A stretch of DNA of 64,000 nt from Octopus vulgaris (Eukaryota), in the NCBI GenBank assembly GCA_951406725.2, contig OX597822.1:23622001-23686000 (forward strand), read 5' to 3'. A program made the translations under genes and the position numbers. The notes beneath the pieces are model-generated. The model saw nothing but the letters and a program-made list of their open reading frames with translations. It made no database searches and was not told the DNA's origin. Position 1 is the first letter of the stretch; every line of letters begins with the position of its first letter. This document shows, piece by piece, positions 1 through 12,311 of this stretch.

Positions 1-100
1 CATACATACATACATACATACATATGGGCTAAACTACAGATACGCATATTTTTCTTGTTTACTTCAATCTTTTTGGGGTAACTTTTCTCGATATTTACCG

Positions 101-137
<37 letters not shown>

Positions 138-329
138 CCTCTCTCTCTCTCTCTTAGAAACAAACACATGCACGCACATACAACACACACACAGACACAC
201 ATACTCACACTCACACACACACATAAAGTGAAAAAGTTGACCGTATGTTTTGAGTTTCAAACCTAGTTGGGCTTTTTCACGACTGTGGAAAGAGGAGAAA
301 AATCTGGAGTTTATTTTGGGTTCATTTAA

Positions 330-544
330 CCCTTTCGTTACTGTATTTCTGTTGAGATGCTCTGTTTTTCTTTCAATTATTTTAAACATAACAAAGAATT
401 TAGTAAAATAATTATCATTAAGCTAGTGTTAGAAACATAAATTGCGACTAAGGTTTGGTGGAAGATTTTAATTAAAAACTTATGAAAATAAGACATTTGT
501 ACTAAGAGCCAGGGCTGGTTTCAACCAGGTTGGTAACAAAAGGG
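330..544. mobile_element. piggyBac-like MITE
   Basis: TTAA on both sides (326-329, 545-548); terminal inverted repeats CCCTTTCGTTAC / GTAACAAAAGGG. Confidence 0.7.
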
Positions 545-800
545 TTAAAATTAAATGAATATGGGTGGATAGGGTTTGAACCATGTGGGGAAGTGGTTAA
601 TGATATTTTAGGTGTGTGTCGGTGCTAGAACTAAACTACTGCATAATAATTGAATGCCGCTCCTTCATTGCAATTTAATTAGGGCTGGTTGGACTGATGA
701 CCTTTGACCAAGGTTAGTTTATTGTTTAGTAAAAAAAAAATGTTTATTATACAGCATGTCTAAAATTATCGTGTTGTATTTGATAGAGTAGACTTCTAAA

Positions 801-1012
801 GGCGGCGAGCTGGCAGAATCGTTAGCACGCCGGGCGAAGTGCTTAGCGGTATTTCGTCTGCCGCTACGTTCTGAGTTCAAATTCCGCCGAGGTCCACTTT
901 GCCTTTCATCCTTTCGGGGTCGATGAATTAAGTAATAGTTGCGTACTGGGGTCAATCTAATCGACTGGCTCCTTCCTCAAAATTTCGGGCCTTGTGTCTA
1001 GAGTACAAAAGA
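801..1012 (+). mobile_element. SINE-A (tRNA-derived SINE)
   Basis: Head GGCGGCGAGCTGGCAGAATCGTTAG, B-box-like GAGTTCAAATTCC, body CCGAGGTCGACTTTGCCTTTCATCC; more than 15 copies in the window. Confidence 0.85.
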
Positions 1013-1026
1013 TTATATTACATTTA

Positions 1027-1241
1027 GGCGGCGGGCTGGCAGAATCGTTAGCACTCCGAGCGAAATGCTTAGCATTTTTTCGTCCGCCGTTAAGTTTGAG
1101 TTCGAATTCCGCCGAGGTCGACTTTGCCTTTCATCCTTTCGGGACGATAAAATTAGTACCAGTTACGTACTGAGATCGATGTAATCGACTTAATCCCTTC
1201 CCACAAAATTTGAGGCCATTGTGCTTCCAGTAGAAAGGATT
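1027..1241 (+). mobile_element. SINE-A copy
   Basis: Head-to-tail copy of 801-1012. Confidence 0.85.
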
Positions 1242-1325
1242 GATTAAAGTTGAGAAAGTGTAACACACTAACGTTCACATTTATTATATTAGATATGTGG
1301 AAACTTTATTTCAATTAAAGTGTAC

Positions 1326-1370
<45 letters not shown>

Positions 1371-1609
1371 TGTTAGAAGTGGTGTACAGATATTGAATAT
1401 TGAGAAAAGAGGAGGTTGCCAGAATTTTGGAAAAAGAATTTTAAAAATTTAGTCACTAAAATTGTGAATGTGCAAACAGCTTGTTTATTTATATAAATCA
1501 GGTTTTTTTTGTTTTGTTTAGAAGTGGAGAATATTGTTTTTTTTTTTTTGTGGGTGAGGTTCCAGAATAATAGAAATAGAGAGATAGGTAGATGGACAGA
1601 TAGATGGAC

Positions 1610-1640
<31 letters not shown>

Positions 1641-2126
1641 TAGGTAGGTAGAGAGAGGGAAGGGGAAGGATTTCTTTTCAATTTGGAATGTTTTTTACCA
1701 TTTATTTATTTAGCTTTTTTTTTTACCGTTGTATAGCTACTGGCATGAGACATGAGTTCAAGAGTGCGGTCATCACTAAAAGCAATTTTTCTCTTAAGGT
1801 GCCAAGAAGGAAGATAAGACGTTCTATATAAAAATTAAATATATGTGTGTGTGCGCGCGCGTGTGTGTGTACGTATGTGTGCCTGTTAGTTCATGTGTTT
1901 GGAAATATGTCTATGTCTCCACTGTATAATTTCGATGTTTTGCTTTAAAAAATCAAGTCAGGTTTCTTTTAATTTCATGATTTTGCATGAACAAACATTA
2001 CTTCAATATTTACAAATTAGAAAAATAAAACACACTGTTATAGAGATGAGTACCATGTTATAAATATTGGAGCAGAAACAACACGTATATATATATCATA
2101 TCATATAAATAATATATATATATATA

Positions 2127-2169
<43 letters not shown>

Positions 2170-2172
<3 letters not shown>

Positions 2173-2735
2173 TACAGTACGTCACCAACAGTAAACAAAA
2201 TGAAATACGAAAATAAATGAGTTAAATACGCAAATAACGAGAGAGAAAATGGAAAACAAGACAAGTAATACAAAGGATACAAAGAACGACCCATCATCAG
2301 TTGTCGGCTGTTTGTCTATTCCCCATTTCGAGCAATCAACGATAGTATGAATCTTCAAAGACAGTTGCTCTCATAAATACCAAAATAAAATTTTGGATTT
2401 ATGGAGGGTCAAAGTTAGGAACAAAAACAGGACAGTGGGGACATACAGGGAAATCAACTGAAAACAAACATTGAGGGACGTTAGACCTGAACGAGGGAAA
2501 ATAGTGAACGCTGAGAAAAATATTTTCTTTGAAAAGAAATAAGATAGAAGACGTCCAGTCCTTAGAACGTCCGTGCAGGAAAGATGGCCACGGGAAGAAA
2601 AGAAAAATGGGCGATGGTCACGTGTGAGCAACGAGAAAGAGAAAAAGAGAAAGAGTGAGAGAGAGGGACAGATATAAAACGGTGAAAGGGACAAAAAGGG
2701 AATTAGAGAGGATGGGGAGAAAACACTATAGAGTA
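2170..2735 (-). mobile_element. Penelope-like element 3' end / pseudo-LTR remnant
   Basis: Pyrimidine-rich 3' UTR on the minus strand with a CGAAA...CTGATGA motif shared with 3715-3787, 17595-18331, 20560-20712 and 21060-21340. Confidence 0.45.
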
Positions 2736-2853
2736 GATGTTTATAAGCCATTTAAAAACACACGAAAACCGTTAGATTCACTTCAAGATTTAAATTTAAT
2801 TTATTTACATTATTTACAGTTGACATATATTTGTCCTCATCTTGTTTGTTGTT

Positions 2854-2899
2854 AACACAATGTTTCGGCTGATATACCCGCCAGCCTTCATCAGATGTC
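2854..2899 (-). ncRNA. Minimal hammerhead motif (inverted arm)
   Basis: Minus strand GACAT-CTGATGA-A-GGCTG..CAGCC-GAAA-CATT-GTGTT; the palindrome carries a CpG-type mutation. Confidence 0.6.
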
Positions 2900-2988
2900 T
2901 TGGGGAAATATGCCCACGGACATATGGTGTAGTGGTTAAGAGCGTGGGCTACTAACCCCAAGATTCCGAGTTCGATTCCAGGCAGTGA

Positions 2989-3066
<78 letters not shown>

Positions 3067-3136
3067 TAATAATAATAATAACAACAACTTCGAAAAATAC
3101 CTTAGGAATGAGAATCCATGTTCGGAATTTCCCCAA

Positions 3137-3182
3137 GACATCTGATGAATGCTGGAGAATATATCAGCCGAAACGTTGTGTT
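3137..3182 (+). ncRNA. Minimal type I hammerhead ribozyme motif
   Basis: GACAT-CTGATGA-A-TGCTG..CAGCC-GAAA-C-GTT-GTGTT; stem III is the loopless palindrome AACGTT. Confidence 0.7.
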
Positions 3183-3570
3183 AACAATAAACAAGATAAG
3201 GACAAATATCTTTCAATTGTAAATAATATAAATAATATACATAATTCCTCATCTCTTAAATATAGAAATGTATTAAATTTAAATCTTGAAGTGAATCTAA
3301 CGGTTTTTGTGTGTTTCTAAATGGCTTATAAACACCTTCCACGCGCATGGAAAAGTAACTCAGGCTTCGTAACGTAGGGTAAATATATGTACACACGCGA
3401 AAAATCACCCAACCTTTCGTTTGCAAACATCATTGTGTTATTTCGACCGCTTGTATCTGCTGAACAAAAAATGGCGCATTAGTCGGCTGTTAGCTGCGTT
3501 ATCTTCATCTCCACCACATTAGTTGATTGTAAGATTGCACAGAATTTAAATCTCTAGCCTTTTCTGCAAG

Positions 3571-3718
3571 ATGGCATACGCAATAGCGGAAAGAGTGAAG
3601 ATTGTGGAAGCGTACGTGAGAGCAGGTTCTATTGAGAAAACGCACGTAATCTTTGAAGTCAAGTCTGTGGGTAAAGGCTTACTGACAAAGAGAACGATAC
3701 AAATATTGCTTAAGAAGT
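3571..3718 (+). pseudogene. Tc1/mariner (DUF4817-type) transposase N-terminal fragment
   Basis: Manual translation MAYAIAERVKIVEAYVRAGSIEKTHVIF...KRTIQILLKK resembles the HTH start of these transposases. Confidence 0.45.
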
Positions 3719-4539
3719 AATACAAAGAATACAAGGAACGACCCTTCATCAGTTGTTGGCTCCCTCTCTACTCCTCATTTCGAGCAAACAATATATATTC
3801 ATTTATGTATTAAAGAAAGAAAAATAATAATAAATAAATAAATAAATAAAACAAAGATGATTGTGTTCAGTATGTTGGCCACAAGAATTTCTGTCAAGAA
3901 GATATGGTTAAACAAACTTGACTTCAAAGATTACACGCGTTTGCTCAATAGAACCTTTCCGCTATAAAATGGTGACCAGTCCCACAGAGCAATGAAACCC
4001 TACGCCTAAGGATTATTCGAAGTCCAAAGCAGCCAGCACGTGAATTGGCGCAACAGTCTCACATAAGCAGGAAGTCATGCCAGCGGATGTTGAGAATCTA
4101 AAGATGATGCCATATCACTTTACATGTGTGCAGCAATTGAAAGTAGATAACATGAGCAAATGAGTAAATTACTGTACATCGCTAACGTTGAACTACACCC
4201 ATTCCAACTCTTGTAAAGTTATTTCTGTATTTACACTAGGCTACGATATCCGGGCTACTTTTTGCTTGTATGTTTGTGTGTGTGTGTGTGTGTGTGTATT
4301 CTGATCGAGTCCTCCATGTGTTACAGGTACCTCCTTTCGACAATGTAAACTTTCATTTACTCAAGATACCCTTGGCCTGACGAGTAGGCTGCGGTATACA
4401 TCTCGTTTGGATATTTACCACTTCCGAGGTTCAGCTCTTTATGAAACATATGTAGCCAGGATTTTATCTACACCATTCCTCAACTCTTCTATTTTTATTC
4501 GCATACTCGGTAACCCTGGTCGCCTACCGTGAAATATAA

Positions 4540-4990
4540 AAACTTTTTCCAGTTTATCGTAATTCGATACGAAAAAAATCTACAACCTTCCGTCTCAATA
4601 AATCACTATTGTCCCTGAAAGTTGTTTTTATATTTACTACGGATTGTTTGAAGCTAACTTTCTTCCTACAACTCGATCCTTGGATCTCATATATATACTG
4701 TTGGATTTTACTCATAAAGTATTGGAATCTTACAAGTATACCATTTTGCCTAAAAAATGGATCTACAAATTCAATATCCCTACATATCTCACATCTATTT
4801 TCTTTCCTCCACCTCACTCTCTACTTTGTATCATATCTAAATTAACTATTAACCATTCCCTCACACCGTCTCCGATGAAGGGATATAATAAATATCCTGG
4901 AAACAGCTGTAAGACCTTTTATCTATAAATGTTGTAATATCTACACAGCCTTGGTTTTTTATCTCATTACGAAAATAATTTTTATATACA
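4540..4990 (+). mobile_element. Penelope-like pseudo-LTR remnant with hammerhead
   Basis: Contains the HHR motif at 4868-4915 and ends in a (TA)/(CA) tract. Confidence 0.5.
4868..4915 (+). ncRNA. Hammerhead motif, U4C variant
   Basis: GTCT-CCGATGA-..GGATAT AATAA ATATCC..-GAAA-CAGCTG-TA-AGAC; stem I GTCT/AGAC, palindromic stem III. Confidence 0.6.
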
Positions 4991-5007
4991 TTTATATATA
5001 TACATAT

Positions 5008-5065
<58 letters not shown>

Positions 5066-5184
5066 GTTTAATAACACAGTATCCTATAAAGCTCGACGAC
5101 CAGTGTACCATCAGAAGCATGAAACTTATTGTGGTTCACATTTAAATCCTGTGTATATTAATTATCTTTCACCGGATGAAATAC

Positions 5185-5245
<61 letters not shown>

Positions 5246-6242
5246 CGTGTGTGTGTGTGTGTGTAAATGTAATGGGCTTTTCAAAGTTTCCTATAGTAGG
5301 AGCCACTTACCCAAGGTGTTGTGCGAACAACGTGCTAGCGATGCGAAATTCTTAACCGTACGGTGATGCCTCCACGCAGTTTATGCCTTGTAATTTTCAC
5401 CTACGAAATATTGTTCAACCGAGGGATATATTGTTAAAAAACAAAAATTCTTTACCCAAAATACCTTGCGGGATTGGATGGTAACCGGAAGCACGTAGTT
5501 GTAAAATATTTTTTTAAAAAAACAAGACAAAATAAGTAAACAAAGCAAATGTGTTAATAAACTGGTCGTGTCTACGCCTTCAGACAAATAACAATAGATT
5601 AAAGAAAAAAAAAAGCACCAAGGAAAGCCAGGAAGAAAGGAAGTTAGAATGCATGGTTCTAAGAGAAAATGTACCTTAGCAACAAGAAGAAGCTAATCAG
5701 GAACAGTCCAAGAGTACAATGTGCCATTAGTTCCAGACTGTTAAATGCACGAAACGACCTGGCGGCTTCAGACAGCCAAAACTTTAATCAATGGTTTCAA
5801 GAGAATCTATTGGCTGATGGCGACTTTCAACTGGAGAGTTTAATTGCCAATGGAAGCAGAAGGGAAAAGGAATGTGTGTATGCATGTATGTGTCTGCGTG
5901 TGCATGTACGTATTTGTGTATGCATGTATGGGTACCCATGTGCGTAAGTACGTATATGTATGTACATGCATGAATGCTTGCGTGAACGTGCACGAATATG
6001 TGTGTGCATATGTACGTGGTGGATGTCATAACGTGTTTGTGTAATGAAAGAAGCCGAATTTCGTTTGTCTTTCTTACATGTATAGGGTGCGACAGAAAAA
6101 CCTCCCATATTTTTCTGAGTCATCGGCTTGGCGCTATTAAAGTTACGCAAATAATAATGGCATTTTCATGTAGCTAATATATTACCGTTTTTGCTCAGTT
6201 GTCAATATATTTGTTCTGTTCTCAATATTTGCTACACAGGAA

Positions 6243-6900
6243 GGTCGCGAGCTGGCAGAATCGTTGCCACGCCGGGCGAAATGCTTAGTAGTATTTCGTC
6301 TGCCGCTACGTTCTGAGTTCAAATTCCGCCGAGGTCGACTTTCATCCTTTCGGGGTCGATTAAATAAGTACCAGTTACGCACTGAGGTCGATGTAATCGA
6401 CTTAATCTATTTGTCTGCCCTTGTTTGTCCTCTCTGTGTTTAACCCCTTGAGGGTAGTAAAGAAATAGGTATTAAAAGGCGGCGAGCTGGCAGAATCGTT
6501 AGCACACCGGGCAAAATGTTTAGTAGTATTTCGTCTGCCGCTACGTTCTGAGTTCAAATTCCGCCGAGGTCGACTTTCATCCTTTCGGGGTCGATTAAAT
6601 AAGTACCAGTTACGCACTGGGGAAGTCGATATAATCGACTTAATCCGTTTGTTTGTCCTTGTTTGTCCCCTCTGTGTGTAGCCCCTTGTGGGCAGTAAGG
6701 AAATAAGAATCGTTGGACACACCTGACAAAAGTGCTTAGCGCCATTTCGTCCGTCTTTACGTTCTGAGTTCAAATTGTGCCGAAGTCAGCCTTGCCTTTC
6801 ATCTTATCGGGGTCGATAAAAAAGTGCCAGTTGAACACTGGGGTTGATGTAATCAATTTATTCGTTCCTCGAAATTACTGGCCTTGTGCCAAAATTCGTG
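6243..6900 (+). mobile_element. Three tandem/nested SINE-A copies
   Basis: Copies at about 6243-6470, 6478-6706 and 6707-6900; tail TTTGTCCCCTCTGTG..GCCCCTTGTGGG..TAAAGAAAT on the first two. Confidence 0.85.
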
Positions 6901-7437
6901 TGCAATGTTTGCTACACAGGAGCAAAGTTGTAATATAATTTACAAAAAAAAAAAGAAAAAAGAAAGAAAACTAAGTTTAACACTTTTAACCCGCGATTAC
7001 GCTTTTACGGGGGTGGGCGACTTCATTTGGCTATATCACTGGAAAATACAAAAGCGGGTGGCCTCGTGGTTTTGTGCTTATGGCTAAAAATAACGATGCT
7101 TCTGCTAATTAGCGTGCCGTAAACACTAAACCATATTGCTGTTCGCTTTTGCGTCTTCCAAGGGTAGAACGAAATGAAATCGCTCCACTAAAGCGTATTC
7201 GCGGCTTCAAAGGGTTAATCAGTTTTGCTTCCCATGTCACCGGAAGTGAAATCAACAGTAGAACATCAGACTAAATGTCTTATATTATGTACGTGTCTCT
7301 TCTGTTTTAAGTTCAAATTCTGACTGGATCAACATAGCAGTTATATCATGAGTTCAAGTTCTGCCTACTATAATACTAGTTCTGCAAAAGTGTGTGATTC
7401 AATGTCGGACAGTTTTATAATGTCTTTATAATATATG

Positions 7438-7653
7438 TATTTCTTTACTACCCACAAGAGGCTAAACGAGGACAGACAAAGGGTTTAAGTCGATTAAATC
7501 GACCCCAGTGCGTAACTGGTACTTAATTTATCGACCCCGAAAGGATGAAAGGCAAAGTCGACCTCGGCAGAACTTGAACTCGGAATGTAACGACAGACGA
7601 AATACGGCTACGCATTTCGCCCGGCGTGCTAACGTTTCTGCCAGCTTGCCGCC
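7438..7653 (-). mobile_element. SINE-A copy
   Basis: Reverse complement of the SINE-A consensus including the tail. Confidence 0.85.
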
Positions 7654-7682
7654 TTATCTTTATAATATATGATCCGATGGAA

Positions 7683-7900
7683 GGCGCTGAGATGACAGAA
7701 TTTTTAGCATACCGAACAAAATACTTAGCGGCATTTCGTCCGGCTTTATGGTTTAAGTTCTAACTTTTAATGTCGCCCAGGTCGACCCTGCCTTTCATCC
7801 TCCTGGAGTCGGTAAAATAAGTAGCTGTAAAGCATTGGGCTCGATGTGATCGACCTATTCCCCACTCAATCTTGGTGTTTCTGTGGCAAAATCTGAAACC
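7683..7900 (+). mobile_element. Degenerate SINE-A copy
   Basis: CTTAGCGGCATTTCGTCC and GTCGACCCTGCCTTTCATCC retained. Confidence 0.7.
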
Positions 7901-8028
7901 AGTATATAATCCGAAGTAAAAATAAGATTGGAAGCGGGACACCGCAGTACCCCACATTCGCTTTTTATTTTAGTGAAATGTTCTCTTTCTCTGTCTACAG
8001 ATACATATATAAATAAATAAATAAATAA

Positions 8029-8074
<46 letters not shown>

Positions 8075-9384
8075 GTATGTATGTATGCAGCTGTATATAC
8101 ACACAAACGTATATGATATATATAAACACACACACACACACACATATATAGTTATACATGCAAATATATATATATATATTGAATAGTTTAATAATTGTAA
8201 TTACATCCTTTGGTGCAACAGTATATATAAACACACACACACGCACACGCATACACATATTGTACATTCTATTGTACTCAAGAAAGAAATTGCTATCATT
8301 AAAGCTATACTGTGATTCTGTGGAAAAATTTGTTTATTTGCAAAGCTATTTTTAGCAATATTTAGCTCTCCTTACGTCTCCCTTCTACTTCACAGTAACG
8401 CATAACTGTCAACCCCTTTTCTTTATACATATAGTGCACACACACACACACACATGCACACACACATATATTTATATTCATATGTAGACCGTGTCTTTAA
8501 GTAGACTGTCTGGCACGAACAACTGCAGGATCCCTTAATTGTAGGTCGTTTTATAACCTATATAGATTTCACTTATATCTTCCCCTTGGGATGCGAGTTA
8601 CAACAGCTGCTGCCATTGCTGCTGTTGGCTGATGTTGTTGTTGCTTCACTGAATGCTTCTGCTGTTCTTGTTGTGCTATCCCAAGTCAACCCATCCTTTG
8701 CTGAGCAGATTGATGCTTGGGGCAAAAAATTAGTGTTAGTTAGCAAAAAATTAGTGCCATGTATGAAATATAAGCCCTCATTTTAACTGGTCATTGTCCC
8801 ACGTTAGATGTAAAATGTGGCTCATTTTCAAACTGGTTATAAGCCAATGTCTAGTGTGAAATATATGTTTCGCCGCACCTCAAACGATAATAGAACGAGA
8901 AGAAACTAATAGAAAACCCAGAGCAGGTAAGAAATGTAGGCATCATTTGAAACGGTTAATATATTAATTTATATATATGATAGAGTTTTTGACTCTACTC
9001 ACCGGAAGATGTGCATATACAGTTATTGCTGAGTAATATTAATGCAATGTTGTGTATAATATATGTAACATTCAGCAATGAACAACTACTAATGATGCGC
9101 AGAAACAATTGTAGCGATATATAATAAAGCCTGTTAAATCCCTCTTCTCGTATTGACTATTTCGTTTTCCGGTTTTTCAACATTCCACCTTTAATATCTA
9201 CTTCTTTCTCGCCTTTTCTCGCTTTCTCTCGTCTCTATTTTAGTTTGTTATGACATGTGGGCAGTGTCTGAAGATTGTATTAGGACACCAGACGTGTTTC
9301 GCATGTTCTTATTACATGATAAAAAACATAAAAAACACATTGTGTTTATAAAACATGTGTGTGTGCGTGTGAGTATATACATGT

Positions 9385-10047
9385 ATTCTTTTGTTCTTTT
9401 ACTTGTTTTAGTCATTTGACTGCAGCCATGCTGGAGCATCACTTGAAGGGTTTTCGTCGAACAAAAATCGACCCCAGGACGTTTTTTAAAATCTAATGCT
9501 ATACTCCCGGCTCTTTTGCCGAACCGCTAAGTTACGGAGACGTAAACACACCAACACCAGTTGTCAAGCGGTGACGGGGGACAAACACAGACACAAAGAC
9601 ACACACACATACATACATTCATACATACATACATACATACAATACATACATACATACATACATAAATGCATACATACATACATACATACATACATACATA
9701 CATACACTCATGCATACATACATACATACATACATACATACATACATACATACATACATACATACATACATACATGTAACTACATGTGGATTGTTGGCGA
9801 CTTTTTTTCCTCCGTCTTCCTTTTCTCTTGGACTTTCCTCTGTCTCCTGTTTCTGAAGAAGAGCTTTGCTCGAAATGTAAAACACCCTTTCTATCCTTCC
9901 ATGACCGTCATTTAATGCTTTGCACGTACCACGTCCTCGCGTTGTTGCTTTTTTCTCGTGTTTTTTCTTCGTTCTTTTTTTTGGATTAATTATGTATGTG
10001 TGTGTATACACACACACACACAAATACACACACACACACACACATAA

Positions 10048-10118
<71 letters not shown>

Positions 10119-10284
10119 CATATATACAATGAGCTTCTTTCAGTTTCTGTCTACTAAGTCCTTTTACAAATCCTTTTGTCGGCCCAAGGCTATATAGTGA
10201 AAGACATTTGCCCTAGGTGCCTCGCAGTGGGACTGAACCTGGAAGCACATGGTTTGGAAGCAACCTTCTTACCATAGAACTGCG

Positions 10285-10287
<3 letters not shown>
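9385..10287 (-). mobile_element. SINE-B (tRNA-derived, internal microsatellite) with a nested insertion
   Basis: Tail CAGTCATTTGACTGC..CCATGCTGGAGCA, body GCCGAACCGCTAAGTTACGG, head GCAGTGGGACTGAACC; (CATA)n and (CA)n inside. Confidence 0.8.
9781..9985 (+). mobile_element. Short PLE-type pseudo-LTR with hammerhead (second copy at 61431-61602)
   Basis: TGTTT-CTGAAGA-A-GAGC TTT GCTC-GAAA-T-GTA-AAACA at 9848-9884; stem I TGTTT/AAACA. Confidence 0.7.
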
Positions 10288-10332
<45 letters not shown>

Positions 10333-10558
10333 TTGAGTATAAGTTACAACTATATACACGGATATGTTCTTTATGTCTTATACGCAACAGAAGAGGTGAT
10401 AAAAATAATGGCCAATTCTTTACCTAAGAGTTTCCTATTTTGCTACAAGTAGGGAGAATACGGCGCCTCATAATTGTCCGCGCACGGTTAGTAGCCTACC
10501 ACCACCTCCCAATATCTTAGCCCAGGCTTCGGTAACTTATGGTACGCGTGCCATGTGT

Positions 10559-10654
10559 GGCACGCAGACCAATTCACAATGGCATGCAGACCAATTCACA
10601 ATGGCACGCAGACCAATTCACAATGACACGCAGACCAATTCACAATGGCACGCA
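10559..10654 (+). repeat. 22-bp subterminal tandem repeat, 4 copies plus a partial
   Basis: Unit GGCACGCAGACCAATTCACAAT. Confidence 0.9.
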
Positions 10655-11189
10655 CGCCTCTTTGCAAAAAATAAATATAAATTTTTGTGTATAACTATAT
10701 TTCAGGAAGCGACATCAAAATAATTAAATTACATGGTTATGCCCTTTTTTATGATCCAACTATCTGAAGTTAGCTGTATTTGTTAGTACTACATTTCCTT
10801 AAAAATATAGTACTACTGAACACAAATAATTTTGACGATACCAAATTATAAATGTTAGCACAGTTAACTTGTCTGTAAGTTGGGACTGAAAACATTTATA
10901 TGTACTTTAATACTTAATCTAGAGCTTCAAGTGCCAATTTAAAAAAAAATTAGTCGTATATTTAGCAGTGCAGATCATGATATATTAAATAAAGACACTC
11001 TTACATCATGATATGTCTAAATAAAGACACTCTTTAAAATGGGCTTCTACTTTGCGGGTCATCTGTAAGTAGACTCTTTTAAAATTATTATCTCATTTTG
11101 AAGAAGAGAAAAAGGGAGAGAAAGAAGGAGAGAAAAAGAGATAGAGTCAGAGAGTGTGCCACTTACACATACATGAGAACTCACACGTT

Positions 11190-11323
<134 letters not shown>

Positions 11324-12311
11324 TGTACATGTAGGTACAAAAAAGATGTACGCATATGCATTGATGTATGTACGTATACATGACAACACAGCCCTTCAAT
11401 CACCCTCTCACTCTCTTTCTCTCTCTTCCGCTCTCTTTCTCCCTCTCGCTCTCACTCTCTCTTTCACACATACACACGTACATACAACTTTCACTTTCAA
11501 ATAAAAGTAAATAAATAAAGAAAATTTACGGAAATTAACGAACTCCGGACGATGAAATTACATTCAGTTAAAAATATTTTTAAAGCATTTAAAACATTGT
11601 ATACGTCAAAAAGTCGACGGTTTTTTTTCTTAGAGTGCGTAAAGACTGTGCGTGTATGTCACAGAAAGCAGACGTGTGTTTGTGTTGATTGACAAGCCAT
11701 GACATTCATTATATGTGTGTGTATTGTGTATGTGTGTATGTGTGTTTACGTCACGGAAGCCATGTAATTTTTGTCAAGAAATAACAAAAATTGTGTTTAA
11801 TCGTTTAAATAGATGTCCAAATGTCACAAAAATTCGTACTGCACTGCTGAAAATAAACAGGTAAAAAGAATTAAGATAAAATATACGATTTCTGAGCTAT
11901 TTCAGTTACACACAAACATCCCTAGAGTTTTAGTATTATCAAGATGGAAATAAAAAGCGGTAGTGAGGAGTGTTTTCAAAGGCAAACATGGAAAGTAAAA
12001 AATTATACATTAAATTTATTTCATAAAAAATTTTTTTTTACTATTTATTTTATTCTAATTGTTATTATTTAGTTATTTCATTTTTATTTCTTTTCTTTTT
12101 CTTGTTTCAGTCATTTGACTGTGGTCATGCTGGAGCACCGCCTTTAAAATAATCTAATATTGGGTTTTCTGTTCGAACCTAACCTCGAACCTAACCCGCT
12201 GTGTTTTCACGACCAGGGCGCTATCAGTGCGCTATCGGCTATCATTTGTAGAATCTGGTTTAAGGGTTTATACACCTGTTAATATTAATTACCAATATAC
12301 AGTGATCCAAG

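Larger units (their letters stand above)
2801..3271 (+). mobile_element. tRNA-headed SINE with a Penelope-type hammerhead tail and an inverted 5' partial copy
   Basis: A box TGGTGTAGTGG 2925-2935, B box GAGTTCGATTCC 2968-2979, (AAT)n, HHR 3137-3182; 2801-2909 is the reverse complement of 3128-3235. Confidence 0.75.

Noticed and set aside
2918-2990. Functional tRNA gene
   Set aside because: Acceptor and T stems pair poorly, there is no oligo-T terminator, and it continues into a repeat body; treated as a SINE head.
10559-10654. CRISPR-like 22-bp repeats
   Set aside because: No spacers; a subterminal repeat of a hAT element.
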